A DNA stretch of 64,000 nucleotides, from contig NC_058368.1 in assembly GCF_018350175.1 (NCBI RefSeq), forward strand, positions 50,097,815-50,161,814. Reading direction: 5' to 3'. The stretch is from Felis catus. Lineage: Eukaryota. Shown here one piece after another: positions 47,494 through 60,766 of the stretch. Below the pieces are notes generated by a model, which was given only the letters and a program-made list of their open reading frames with translations, was not told where the DNA came from and did no database searches. Position 1 is the first letter of the stretch. Every line of letters begins with the position of its first letter. A program made the translations under genes and the position numbers.

Positions 47494-49607
47494 AAGAAAT
47501 AGAGCTGATATCTTTTCTCATGTTTTCCATTCTCCATTGAATTCATCTTGCAAGAAAGAGGCAGGAAAACAAATCTTTTTATTAAAGACTGTGAAAACAA
47601 ATCTCTTTATTAAAGACTGTGACATCCATGGGTATAAGCCTTGGGCTGCTGGAGCCAGCGAAGGCTGCTCTAGGGAAGCTAGAAGCTGCATAGTCCTGAT
47701 GGGCTGATGAGGGTGGGTGGGTATTGGGTCCTCTCACCTGCAGGCCTTCTATCTTGTGGCCTGTCAGCCACATCCATTAGGTGTTTCATATTCATTGTGT
47801 ACAGATCCTGGACCCTGGGTGGTAGAAGAAAAGCAAATCCTACTCCTTTTCTACCTCAATCTTAAGACCGATAGTGGAGAAGATGAAATGCATTCTAAAA
47901 TCTTAATGTATGCTTTTGTGTCTCAGGGAGCATTGGCATGATATAAGGGAAAACACTGGGTTTGGAGGGATGAATAACAACTAGGTAAGGAAATCACTGT
48001 GCTAGAGTGTCCAGAGTATTTCAAATACTCAATCAGATTTAGACAACCCCAATCAGAGCTCTCAGGCACATTAATTATCCCGAACCTAGTAACAGCCCAG
48101 CTAGGTGTTACCATTTTGCTTCTGTTTTGCTTCTGATGGGTGAAGTAAAATGAGTCCGAAGAGTAACTTGTTTAGCTGTATGACATTGGGCAAATAACAG
48201 AGCTAGAAGTTAAATTCAGGGGCTGTCTTTGCCTACATAGCTTGGACTCCTTCCACTATATTGTCAAAACAATTAAAAAAAAAAAAACCCTAGTATTTCT
48301 AGCGCTATATGACTGAAATTGTCTTTTGAGTTGTTTTTTTAACTAGGCCAGCTATACCCAAAGTAGATTTGTGTATATGATTGGTATTGCCACATTTGAT
48401 ACGTGGCAAATATCCTTTCATTATGGTTGAAATTGTTTTTCCTTCTTTGTGAGCTATGTAACATCAAGTGGCTATAGTGCTATACAATATGCCATCAAAT
48501 ATAAGATCATCCATAAGACCTCCTAATCTTAGGAGTGTTGAGTGAACCCATGTGTGCCTTGAAATAGAAGAAATATGCTACATGTGTGGTCTTACCACTG
48601 GCTGGTTGGAAAACGGTGGGGTCTTTGGATTTTACTGATATGTGCACATGAATGCTTTTATAAGCTTTATGACTGACCCACAGATACGTATGAAAGTTCA
48701 GTTGTATTTGCCATGATAATGCAACATTCCTGTTAAAGGCTGTGGATTGTAAAACCTTACTAATCTAAATTGCTCAAGATCATGCTACCACACTTTGACC
48801 TTTATAACACTGGCATGGAAAATATCTTTTAAAATAGAACTGGTAAATAATTTATTTATGATAATTTCTTACCAATATTTGATGCTGTATTTTACTTGTT
48901 AAAACCAAGCTAAATTATGAGTCCCTCCTCCAAACATTCTTAGTTGGAAATAAGTGCTTATTAAAAATATGTAAGATGGAAAAAAATATATATATGATGA
49001 AATATTTTTATTATAGTTTAGGTCATTGTATATTAAATCTCATAAAAAGCCCTAATGATAAATAATTTGAAGTCTTGTTGGAAAGCCCAATCTATAAGCA
49101 AAAAGATGAATTACAGTCATGTTACCTAGTGTAATGGATTAAAGGAAGATTACGTCAGAGCACTGCCCGAAGTCCTGCTACCAGTGTAGCCATTGGGGGG
49201 TTAGAAACAGGTGGTGAGCACAGAGCATCAAGTGTAACAATAAATAGCACAGTCTAATTCCCGTAAGATGAAACTCCTTTCTCATTGCAGAGAAGAGTAC
49301 GGGATCAGATAGTGACTCGGAAAAGCAAAGGCCAAGAAATGACTCAAGGACAGAAGCACTTTTAAAATTCCTTTACCAAGACTTACGATAAATGGAGTAA
49401 TCACTTCTTTTCCTACCAAGTTATTAAAAATTGCTTCTTGCTGGTTGTTAAACATAAAACATCAGGCATAATTGCCTTTCATTAGTAGGAAGAAATATTT
49501 ACTAAACTCCTATTTTGTGAATGTAATGTTTTAGACTACCAGAAACAGATGAAACTATTAGTAGCTCATGATAAATACAGAAGAATACAAAGAAATTTTT
49601 CCTTTTA

Positions 49608-49819
49608 TTTTTTTAAAATGTGTATTTTTTTTGAGAGAGAGAGTGAGCAAGCGAGCATGGGCAGGGGAGGGGCAGAGAGAGAGGGAGACACAGAATCTGA
49701 AGCAGGCTCCAGGCTCTGAGCTGTCCACAGAGCCGACGTGCAGCTCGAACCCATGAACCGTGAGATCATGACCTGAGCCCAAGTCGGATGCTTAACCGAC
49801 TGAGCCCCCCAGGTGTCCC
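49608..49819 (-). mobile_element. Can-SINE
   Basis: Standard body. TSD ttttcctttta. Confidence 0.95.
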
Positions 49820-49969
49820 AAAAATTTTCCTTTTAAATAAATGGTAGGATGGGTTGGATGCAATAATAGAAAACACTTGATTTTTAAGGCTATTAAATAT
49901 GTAAAGAGGAAAAGTACTGCTTGTGAGAGAGGAGGTGGAGTAGAGTAGAAAGAAAATAACATTTGAATG

Positions 49970-50135
49970 TTTTAGTTAATGCCTTGTGTGATCTTATAAC
50001 TGCTTTGTAAGATAGGGTGGTTGCCTGATTTTACAGATACGGAAACCGAGAAGTTCAGTGGCTGGCTCAAGGTCACATGCTTAGTTCAAATGGGAACCCT
50101 CATTACAACTCCTGACCCGGTGTTCTTTCCACTAT
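49970..50135 (-). mobile_element. MIR SINE fragment
   Basis: attttacagatacggaaaccgag...ggctcaaggtcacatgct. Confidence 0.7.
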
Positions 50136-50344
50136 AAAATTCTGCCTCTAAAGTATGCCTTAATGAAAGATATAAAGATTGAATGAAGGACTTCTTTAAA
50201 TGTGTTAATATATATCTGTCAGACATGACCTCCGTGAAGTTGGTTGGGTAGGAAGGAAGTTTTGGAGCTATGGAGGAATTTGTAATTTTTAGAAGCTATG
50301 GGTAAGAAATTACCTAGACTTTATTAGAGGTACAGTGCTTTACA

Positions 50345-50498
50345 CAAGTGCTTCTCAAATTTCAATGTGCTTGTAAAACACCTTAGGAACTGGCTCAAAT
50401 GCAGATTCTGATTCATGAGGTCCAGGCAGGGCTGAGATTTTGTATCTCTACCAAGCTCTCAGGTCATGACAACGAGGACCACACTTTGAGTAACAAGG
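50345..50498. mobile_element. MER5 (hAT-Charlie) element
   Basis: agtgcttctcaaatttcaatgtgc...aaatgcagattctgattca...ggaccacactttgagtaacaagg. Confidence 0.8.
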
Positions 50499-50529
50499 AT
50501 TTTGGCATCAGATGCTGGTGGTCATACAC

Positions 50530-51420
50530 CAGAGTGAGGGTTTAACAGAGGTCCTGGGGGAGATGTAACGCTTGAGCGTGGATCTAAAAGGTGAGTGGGA
50601 TTTGAGTGAGAGGTAGGAGGGAACTGCAAGAAGACTAGCACATTGGTATAAAGTTCTAATCAAACATTTTCCAGAGCCTTTGGGATTTAAAGTAATGAGT
50701 GAAGAAAAACAAGATCTCTTCTTTTGAGGCCCTTGTTTTTGGGGAGATGGAGAATGGGAAGCACATGGAATGAATGCATCTCTAGGCTGGCAGATTGGAG
50801 GCAGGATGAATGAAAGGTTGGGCCCAGCTTGAGTGGCACCGTGAGTATCCTGGCTGGGGAGTTTAAGTGTTACCTCCTAGGTGATGAGATCATCTCCAAA
50901 AGCTTTTGAGCGGAAGGTTCTGATGTTCAAAGCAGAGATGGAGATCAGTGGGCTCCTGAAGTCCTATGTGACACGGAATGAACTGAGCACGACGAGGCTG
51001 GAGGTTTGGAGAGGTGTTTGGAGATTGTCTCCGTTTGTGGCTGTTTTGATAAGGATGACAAGTGCTCAAAGCCATGAAAATGTAAATGAGGAGAAATGCC
51101 AAAGATGTTTCACGTAAGGCAGGATGGGGGGTTGATTAGTATGATGGAGCTAGAAGAATCTGCTTTTGAGCTGTGCAACCATTAGCAGAAACAGGAAAGG
51201 CAGCCGACTCTGCAGCAAGATGCAAGTCAGGCCTCAGCACACCGCATTGGACACAGCAGAAGAGCATCCACACGGAAATGGAGTCGTCATGGTATTTGTT
51301 CAGAAATTCTGGCTGGATGTGTCGATTTGACAGTCCTCAGTGAAGAGCTAACAGGCATTTGTAGAGAAGAAAAGCCACGCTTTGAGGAAGTGAGGGTAGA
51401 GAGGAAGTGTAGTGGCTAAG
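50530..51420 (-). mobile_element. Degraded L2 body
   Basis: Purine-rich tracts typical of reverse L2, e.g. gagatgtaacgcttgagcgtggatctaaaaggtgagtggga. Confidence 0.5.
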
Positions 51421-52269
51421 CACTCCTCTTCATGTTCTCTGCGCCCTCCATTATCTGCGTAAGTGTGCATCTACTTTGGAGTCCCCTGTGCCACTGACCT
51501 AACTTCCTGCCTCTACTGCCCATGGTCTTGATAACTATAGCTTTAACCATTGTCTTTCCTTCTTTTAAACACAAATAAAAATTTCTCTTTTTGTTAAAGT
51601 TCAACATTGTTTTCTGTAGACCTTCTGGAAACGTGAGGCCTGAGTTCTTGTCCTAGGAATTACTTTGCTTTGGAAAAACTGGCACTGGGTGCCTTCAAGA
51701 CAAGCACCATGGGCCTGTCCTTTTGACCCAGTGGGATGTTCAAATCAGTACAGAATCCAATATCCCTGTATGTCCTGGCTTTGGGGTCCTTAAATTGGGG
51801 CTCTCACTGTTTGTGTGGTATTCACAGCATGGGCCAGTGTCAGCTGTACCTAACCCCACTCATTTACTCTGTGGATTCTGCTATAGAATGAGCAAACGTT
51901 GTTGCTTGCTTGCTTTTCTTTTCTGTCCTCTTTTTTAAAACCCAAACTCCATGTTTCTCATATACAACTATTCAAAAAAGAATATATACAACTCCTGACA
52001 GAGTATTTTCAGGCACATTGCACTTAAATTCATGCAACAAAACGTACTTATCTTCCTGTTCCCCCTCCTTGGAAACCCTACTCCCAAACAACAGCACTGA
52101 AAACAAACCCACGAAGTTGACAAAATGATATCTGATTCAGCCTGGCACAATTTTTTATAACCAAAAAACTACTTCTGTTTCTATCTATCGAGGTTGAAGA
52201 ACAAAAAATACAAAAATATTTTAAGGCATGTGTGATACCAGGGTATTTGATTCTATCACTGTATAAATG

Positions 52270-52500
52270 GATGGATGGATGAGTTCAACAAACATTTATT
52301 GAGCTCCTGCCATGTGCCCAGCACTATTCCAGGTATTAGGGATTCCGTTTCATGGTGAAAAGGACAGGGTCCTATCATTCCTAGGCATATATCCTAATAG
52401 AGAGGGCAGATAATGAATAAATAAGACAATGTGAGATGGTGATAGGGCTATGAAAAAACAGGAGAGGGCATGTCTGGAAGGTTCTTTTGGATAGAATGTT
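52270..52500 (-). mobile_element. L2 3'-end fragment
   Basis: ttcaacaaacatttattgagctcctgccatgtgcccagcactattccaggta. Confidence 0.8.
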
Positions 52501-53189
52501 TTTAGTGTATGCTGAAATAAAATTTTACATGCACTAGGTTTGAAAGTACTAATACAATAAAAGCACTGGAACTGATGTTTTATTTTTAACAGTATCGTAA
52601 ATAGTTTTTGTCAAATTATCTCTTAAGAAAAGTTCATGGAATTGATGGTTTAGTGTCCTTTAAGAATCAGAAAGGAGTACACCTAAAACTAATATCATGT
52701 TTCAACTATACTCAGATACATTTTTTTTTACATCAGAAAGTCACACTAACTTCTGAAGGTTGGGGCCCATTTGTGTGTGTACAGGAGTCCTTTTCTCCTC
52801 TGTTCCTGTACTCCCAACCTGATGAGCTGCTGCTGGCCCTGATCAGATGATTAGATGCTCATGATATGCATCATGCTTATGGATTTTCATAAAGAGATTT
52901 GGTATTGTCCATTGCTTTCCTCACATCTTGTGTGAACTTGAACTGCGCATTCACTATGAACCCACCATGGCTACTTGTCTAACATGACAATTCCAAGCAC
53001 ACCCCACAGACTTTCAAGGTGTTTTGCCTTCTGATTACTTTTTGCTTGTATACCTGCATTTATTCCCCTTTGTCAATTAAGCCAGCTTCCTCTCTTTTGC
53101 CTCCTGAAGACAGCCATTCTTGGAGGCCAGGCTCCATCTGGCCTCATCCATGAAGCCCACCCTCACTAGGAGAAGAAGCCAGACGATGA

Positions 53190-53390
53190 CTAGTCTCAGT
53201 TCAGCCAATACTGCCTGTGTGGGCTTTGGCCAGTTCCTGTGTCTCTTTGTCCTTCAATTTCTTTACCTGTAAAATGGGGAAAAACACTAATACTTGCTGC
53301 ATAGGGACCATTGTGAGGATTAAATTTGTTATTAGATGTAAAGAATTTAGACGCCTGACGTTTAGTAAATATGTTAGCTATCTAATTATT
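53190..53390 (+). mobile_element. MIR SINE fragment
   Basis: ctgtgtgggctttggccagtt...tttctttacctgtaaaatggg...ttgtgaggattaaat. Confidence 0.75.
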
Positions 53391-53479
53391 ACTATTGATA
53401 CTTTTTTTATGGTAAAATTTTATACTGCTCTTTGATCTCTGGACTCCTGTGGTTTGTATGATCTACATGACGACCTTTT

Positions 53480-53716
53480 TTTTTTTTTTAACATTTTTTT
53501 AAAGTTTATTTATTTTTAGAGAGAGAGAGTGCACGTGCCAGTGAGTGGAGGAGGGGCAGAGAGAGAGAGCGAGATGGAGAGAGAGAGGATTCCAAGCAGG
53601 CTCTGCACTGTCAATATGAATCTTGACACAGGGCTCGAACTCCTAAACCATGAGATCATGACCTGAGCTGAAATCAAGAGTCAGTCACTTAACTGACCGA
53701 GCCATGTAGGTGCTCC
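53480..53716 (-). mobile_element. Can-SINE
   Basis: TSD ctacatgac[g/a]ac. Confidence 0.95.
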
Positions 53717-53992
53717 CTACATGACAACTTTTATCTTTCTCTTGTTTTTTTACCTGTATGGTAAATACTAAACTGGTATATCTAGAGCTTGGTGGAATTA
53801 AAAAATACTTGATGAATGATGATAGGGTAGGTAAGAGTGTGAACACTGGCAGGCACAAAGAATTCTTAGGGATGGATCTTAACCACTTGCATGAAATGTG
53901 AGAGGAGGGATGGACCCAGTTGCTGCTCTGTTTTGACTCTTAGATTAATTTATTATTAATTAATTTATGGATTTTCTCATGGTAGTATTCTT

Positions 53993-54481
53993 TATTGTGG
54001 TCTGAATACTTAGCATGAGAACTACCCTCTTAAGTAATTTTTAATTGCACACACAATACAGTGTTAACTTTAGGCACAATCTTGTACACCAGATTTCCCA
54101 GAACTTATTTAACTTGCACAACTGAAACTACATACCTGAGCGGCAGTAGGCCATTTTCCCCTTCCCCCAGTCCTTGGCAACTACCATGATACTGTTTCTG
54201 TGATGAACAGTATCTACATGGTAGATACCTCATGTAAATGGAATCATGCAGTGTTTGTAAACGCTTTTGTGACTGGTTTATTTCACTTAGTCTACTGATT
54301 TCCACTTCTGGGTATATATCCAAAAGAACTGAAATCAGAATCTCAAAGAGCTAACTCTACCCCCATGTTCATTGCAGCATTATTCACAGGAGTCAAAATA
54401 TGCAAACCTAAATGTCCACTGATGGATGAGTGGATAAAGAGAATGTGGTGTATACCTATGATGGAATATTTTTCAGCCTCA
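53993..54481 (-). mobile_element. L1 (L1MA-like) insertion with 5' inversion
   Basis: Reverse L1 3' end (53993-~54290) joined to a forward L1 segment (~54295-54480). TSD tagtattctt (53983-53992 / 54482-54491). Confidence 0.85.
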
Positions 54482-55564
54482 TAGTATTCTTAATTTTGTA
54501 TGTCCACCTCAGTTTAAATCCTTAGTCTCTGATTCCCTAGAGTTTCTTAATAAAGATGCGGGTAAAAAAAAAAAAAAAACTTTGTGGTTAATAGCTTGAC
54601 TGAGTCTTAAGAAAGGATTGAAAGGGTGCATTTTAAATGAACTAAGCAATTTGATTTCATCCTTGGAAGAATAAGAAAGGAAAGTAAGGCATTTATCCAT
54701 AGGAAGAGAAAGAAGAGGGAAAAACCTTTCCAGGAGACATCGGCAGGTGTGGGGGAAGGAGAGGTCTGGTAGAGGGACTAGAGCAGTTTCCTTTGCTTGG
54801 AGAAGATGGTATGACCCAGGGGACGTTCCCACAGTCTCCATCTATGCAACACACTAGAATGGGAGAGGAAGGGACTCTAAATACTCTTGACCTTATATAT
54901 AAAAACATTTTTTTATTTGATATTTAGACTAAGAACTGTAAGCCAATTAAATCTAAATCTTAAGGAATGGAAGGATTTAGGACTATCTGATGATCACTGT
55001 ATATTCTTTGGATATTTGGATTGTCATGACAATAGTTGTAAATGTCTGGCTTCATTATAACTGATAATATTCAACAGTGTTCTTCGAAAGAAAAAGGTGA
55101 AAGTGAAAACGTTTGTATCTGCATCCTAAATGTAAAATGCCTAAAAGTATTGGATAGCCCACTAACAATTTATTTTTGTTTTAATCTAGAATATTATTAG
55201 GAATGATTATTTTTACTATTTCCTTAATTACTTACTTTTAAATAGATTCTTTTGTCCTCCTAATTTTAGTGACGGTGGTATTAAAGTATAGAAGTAGGAA
55301 GAGCAGCATTTTCCCAAGATGTCAGTAGCAAATCATCTTGGCTAAGTGTCTAAAGTCTTGTTTGAAAATCAATTCATTAATAAAATGATGGGAATTATGG
55401 AATCAGGAAGGACCTATCTTAGGTACACTTTGGACTTTTAAATATTCAGCCTCCACTCCCAAATATATTGGTCATGATTCTCTTCCTCCTCCCCCACTCC
55501 TAAGTAAATAATTTGACAGTTTGATGTTTCTCTTATGGTCTGTTGAAACTTCAAGAAGAAATTT

Positions 55565-55777
55565 GGGATGCCTGGGTGGCTCAGTGGGTTAAGCGTCCAA
55601 CTCTTGATTTCGGCTCAGGTCATGATCTCTCCATTGGTGAGATTGAGTTCCAAGTCCAGCTACACACTGAGCCTGAGCCTGCTTGGGATTCCCTCTCTCC
55701 TCTCTCTCTGCCCCTCCCCTGCTCACATGTACGTTCTTTCTCTCTCTCTCTCATAAATAAACTTTCTAAAAAAAAAG
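55565..55777 (+). mobile_element. Can-SINE
   Basis: gggatgcctgggtggctcagtgggttaagcgtcc head, (CT)n and A tail. Confidence 0.93.
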
Positions 55778-57579
55778 GAATAAACTTGGGGTTACATCAT
55801 TTGAAAGCTTATTTTTTTATGTCTAAAGAGTGCTTTTTTGGAATGACTTTGATAACCTACTAATTATCAGTTACCTCGATTGTGATTTTAAAAGCATTTT
55901 TAGTTTCATAAGACTTAAAAATTGAGGTAGATTTTCAAGGAGGTAAATATTCAGAGTTCTCAGCCTTCAAATCTGGAGCACATTATCCCACAATTACAAT
56001 CAAAGTAACATATGAGGACATCTATTTATATTAGTTTGGAATGCTTAGTCATGTCATACAGTTGACAAGTGTTCTTTGTCTGATTTGAACTTACCAAAAA
56101 GGCCCTCTCACCAGACCAGTAAGTCTTTATATTGCCTTTCATGTCAATTTTAAATTTGCAGTGGGAATTGTTAATTTCAGAAACTGTACTTTTGATGAAT
56201 ATTCCTTTGTAAGAGGTAAAAATCAGAGTTTCAGAGCCAGAAGGTACTAAAGAGAATCTTCATTTAATGTGTTTTTTCACAAAAAAGAAAGTGGCTCAGA
56301 AGAAGTCAGGTGGCTTTTGCAGGGCCACCTGCAGGACTAGTGTCCTGACTTCATTCCCCCTTCTTGCTTTGGGTGTAGTTATTTCTGCTGTGCCTCACTC
56401 CCTGCTTTACTACAGAAGCAAAAGACTTGAACAAGGGTAATATTTCATTTTATGGGGTGTTAATCTTATTCATTTCAATGACCGGCTGTCCATATTGGTA
56501 CTTAATCTACATTTTAATGTATTATTTACTCTATTTTAGATTTAGTAAACTGAATAAGAGCTAGAATGAAGTTTTGAAGGAAACTACCTGCTTGAACCAG
56601 CAGACCAGAATATGTTCACATTATTTCAAATTTTAAAATACAAAGCAAGGAGTTTACCAATGGAAATTTAGTTTTTTTGGTGCAGCCACTATTCGTTTTT
56701 CTTTATGCATGTTTTGTACCTCTTTGCAACAAGTTCTCTTTTTATGTTTTAAATCTAATACCTTATAGCTCTACCTACTCATGACTGTTTTTACACAAAC
56801 TACTTTGGTATTGTAACTTTCTGTGTAGGATTTTATAATGCTCATTTAATCTTTTATCACAGTCAGATGAATTATTCCAGCATTATTTAATTCAGACTTC
56901 CTTACTGGGGCAAACAAATTAGAGATTAGGCAATGGGAAAACATGTCTAGGCTGGTTTCTTACCACTTACTCTTCTTTGCAGACTTAAAATAGGAATGCA
57001 TGATATGAGGAAATTATAAGATGAATGCAACAAAAAGGAACTAACTAGAACCTCCTGAATAGTATTCCTTTAAAGCCAGAAGTGGTTGACTTTTCAGCAA
57101 ATCACTTCTGTGGTTCTTGCTTCTTGAAACATTCTGTTCTGTGGACTCGATGCATGATTTTTATGCTTAGATGTTCTCTTCTGGATCCCTTGGAGTGTTG
57201 GTGCTTATGGAGTGTTAAGTAATAAACTCAATGACTTTCCCCGTCCTTTAGATTCCTGCACCAAGACCCCCTGAGAGCCAGCTTAGTGTGCAGTGACAGC
57301 ATCAAATCAAGTGCATTTTTATGGTGCCCTCTTCAGCATGCCTAAGCACAGTGAAGCATGTGAGGTTTTTTTTCTGCCCACACTTGAAAATTGTTGGCAG
57401 GAGTTTCTGGCTTTTCACTTAATTTTGAGTTTCTCTGTGCTTTTTGTTTTAAATTCTAGTTGGGTAAGTCTAGAGGAATTAGGTTTCATTTTAACTTCCT
57501 TTTTCAAGAGAGGTAGCTAAACTAGTCGAAGCTGTAGTTTCAGTTAAGATGTAGTTTTAACTTTTGTATATTTTTAGGG

Positions 57580-57768
57580 CACTGGCTCTCCATCATCAGC
57601 ACACATTGGGATCACTTGGAGGGTTCAGTAAGCCACATTACTAGACCCCTAACTCCACAGTTGCTGATTCCAGAGGTATGGAGTAAGGCCTGAGATTTTT
57701 TATTTCCAACAATTTCTGAGGTACTGTGGATGCTGCTGGTCTGGAGACCATGCCTTGAGAACTTCAAT
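57580..57768. mobile_element. MER5A-like DNA transposon
   Basis: gggatcacttggaggg...tgctgattcc...ggcctgagattt...gatgctgctggtctggagaccatgccttgagaac. Confidence 0.75.
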
Positions 57769-57846
57769 TATAGGGAATAAACCAATGGGAAATACTCTAA
57801 AGAGAAGGTATGTGAAATTGTTATCCTAAGCATATTTTCTACTTAA

Positions 57847-58147
57847 GTTTATAGACTTAACAAAACCTGTTATATGAATAATTATTCATATTAAGTTTAT
57901 AAACTTAATAAATAAATAAAATGAATAAATAAATAATAAAAATAATATAAAAATATATAAATATTATATAAATATATATTTATATTTATATAATATTTAT
58001 ATAAACTATATAAATTTATATAAATTATATAAATATTTATATAAAATTTATATAATTATATATAAATATATAATATATATAAATATAAAATAAATAAATA
58101 AATAAAATTACGTTTATAGACTTAACAAAACCTGTTATATGAATAAT
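57847..58147. repeat. AT-rich low-complexity block bounded by a 36-bp perfect direct repeat
   Basis: gtttatagacttaacaaaacctgttatatgaataat at 57847-57882 and 58112-58147. Confidence 0.92.
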
Positions 58148-58689
58148 GTCTATAACAAGAAAAAGATTAGTCCTCAGAGTTCCTTTGGTGGTGGTGGTAC
58201 AAGAACACAAGTATTAACATTAGTAATATATACATGTGGAAGAATAATGGTATGGCTTCATATTCCTGTAACTACTATCCATATATACCCAATAGCTCTC
58301 TAGAGTGATGGTATTTTCAGTTATATGACATTTTCTTGTGGGACTTTACTGGAAATTGACATTTAAGAATTAAATATGTGACAGATTCTGGCATTTTAGG
58401 CTGAAGGAATGGCATGTTTGGCTCTGCAGTGAGAATTAACAGCTCCTCTTGTGTTGGACTTTCTTGACTGAAATTGGAGTATAGTATGGGATACAACAGG
58501 AAATGGCTGAAAGATGGAAATGGGGCATGTAACTAAAAATAACTTCAATAGTAAGGCCTAGGGAACCATAAATTTTAATGGAGATGAGAGGGAGTAAATG
58601 ATTTAGTTAACATGTCCCCTCAAAAATAGTTCTGGATACTTGGATAGAGTTTTAGAGTGAAGAAGCTGAAGACTAATCTGTTCTGCCCG

Positions 58690-59500
58690 CTAATATTTTT
58701 TTGTCTTTTTTGAATACTGAGCCAGAGATGAACAGCATTCTGTCTCTGAATTCATGGCATTCACAGTCTAGTGGAAGAGACTCGGGAGACATCCATGGTA
58801 CATCACAGTATAATGGAATGCTCTAAAAGCAGTCTACATTGGTTATACGTGGGCTTACATGGGAGAGGCCTCTAGGAGAATATAGGAAGTCTTCAGAGGC
58901 AGGTGAAATCTGAGCTTAATCTGAAAGAATGAGTAGCTCAAAGGAAGGGGAGAACAGTCAGGAGACTTCTAGAAAGAGAAAACCTCCTGTTGTTTCCCAT
59001 GTAGAGATGGGAGTCCCATGTAGGACTGTTGAGAATAATCTAAGGATGCTTTATGGAAAGAATGTTGGGTTTGTGCTGGGGCAGGACAAGAAATGAGGTC
59101 ACTAAAAGTGACCACAGCATGAATGCAAATGACACGTTTGTATTTTACTCAAGGGAAATAAGCCATAAAATATAAGGATTTTAAGGGAGAAGACATAGCA
59201 CTCCAGTTTAGGAAGATTCTTGAGTCACCTCTGTGAAGGAGGACGAGGTTGAGGTATGGGTAAAGACTGAAGACAGGAAATCGGTCTGAGAAGGAAGAGG
59301 TGAACATAAGAGATATTTAGGAGCTAGAATTGATAGGACTTGGTTGGTAGGGAGGTGAGTTTGAATGAGAGGAATTTGTTTGGGTTAATTAGGCTTTAGC
59401 TTTCAGGCTCTGAAACTTAACCCTTCATCAGGACAGAACACATGGAAGGATGAACAGGATTGGGGATTAGATGATACCTGCACTGGACAAGAACTTATTA
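58690..59500 (-). mobile_element. Degraded L2 fragment
   Basis: ctgtctctgaattcatggcattcacagtctagtggaagagac...ctgagcttaatctgaaagaatgagtag...agagatatttaggagctagaattgataggacttgg. Confidence 0.6.
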
Positions 59501-60024
59501 AATTGTGCATTCTAAGCTGAGATAACGCTAGTGGGAATGTAAAGGGCATGTCTGAGAAAAGTTGTCCGGGAAATATTAGTTGAATTTGGTTTGGACTAAA
59601 TATGGTGAAGGAGGGGGAAGAAGAAAGAGCTCATTAATTTCGTTAGTCTCAGAAGTTTCAAAAAAGTATTCAGAAATGAAATGGGAAAATTGAAGTTGAC
59701 TGCAATAAATGCTTGCTAGTCTGAAGGATATCCAGATTGAATGTATATTGACCTTGAAAGTTAATTGAAAGGCATGGTTATGTTAATATGCATTTGAAAG
59801 CCAATTATGTTATTCCTTTGAAGCGTGTCCATTCTTTCTCAGTGGTTTATATAGGATTATTGGTGATACTTTGGTGATATTCTGAAATTTCAAGTGTTAT
59901 ATGGAAGGCTAAATAGGAAATGGAAAATCTGTCACAGGTGGTATATGTAAATGGAAAAGTTTTAAATAATGCATGATGTTGGTTTTCTAATAAAAGGCAG
60001 ATAGCTTTATACAAATTGCAACAA

Positions 60025-60128
60025 CACCTGCAAAATCCCTTTTACCATGCAAGATAACATTTGCAGATTCCAGGGATTAGGATGTGAATATTTTGGGGGA
60101 AGGCAATGTTTGTTATTCAGCCTACGAT
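60025..60128 (-). mobile_element. MLT1 LTR 5' fragment
   Basis: ctgcaaaatcccttttaccatgcaagataacatttgcagattccagggattaggatgtgaata...ttattcagcctac is the reverse of an MLT1 start. Confidence 0.7.
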
Positions 60129-60766
60129 AGTAGTCAAATTATCAATATTGTGAACAAAAAGAATTAGACATGGAATATTTGTGTTTGAACTAGGAAAATC
60201 CATGATAATACACTATGAAATAACAATATACGATATATTTTGTATACAGATGTATGTACACACATATACACGTACAGACACACACACGTATATATATAAT
60301 TATTAGATAATGGCTTAGAGTTTAATTGGAGGACCATCTAAGTTGATCAGACTTTATAAGATATAATTTAATAGGACTGTGATAGAAAAAAATGAAGATC
60401 TGATGCATTATTTCTTACCACTTTAAATATGAAGGATAAGCAAGCTGGAATGCATTTTTGCAGGGTAATGAGAACACAACTCCTGGCTTATACTAGGTTG
60501 TTGTAATTCTTCAAGCATTTAGTATATATTTGCTGAATGTCAAGTGATGATGTAGGCACTGAGTTAAGTCTTGCCCTTTGATCTAATAGTATGTTTTCTA
60601 TGAACTCTTCAGGTGTGTAGTCACTGCTTGGCTATTTGTTTTGTTCACAGATTTGATCTGTTTTTCTAGATTGCCATCATTAAATGACCCTTTCCACTAA
60701 TTTTCAGCCGATGGGCGTGCTTTATTTGGTTAAGAAGAGTTAGTTAAATTCTTAGATCCTCTACAA

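Noticed and set aside
49291..49400. Good acceptor (ctcctttctcattgcAG) followed by purine-rich sequence, as the next LMO7 exon
   Set aside because: In the phase required by the 37033 donor it reads EEYGIR-stop, does not match the expected LMO7 continuation (QEETDRRVKN...) and has no strong donor. The next true exon appears to lie beyond the window.
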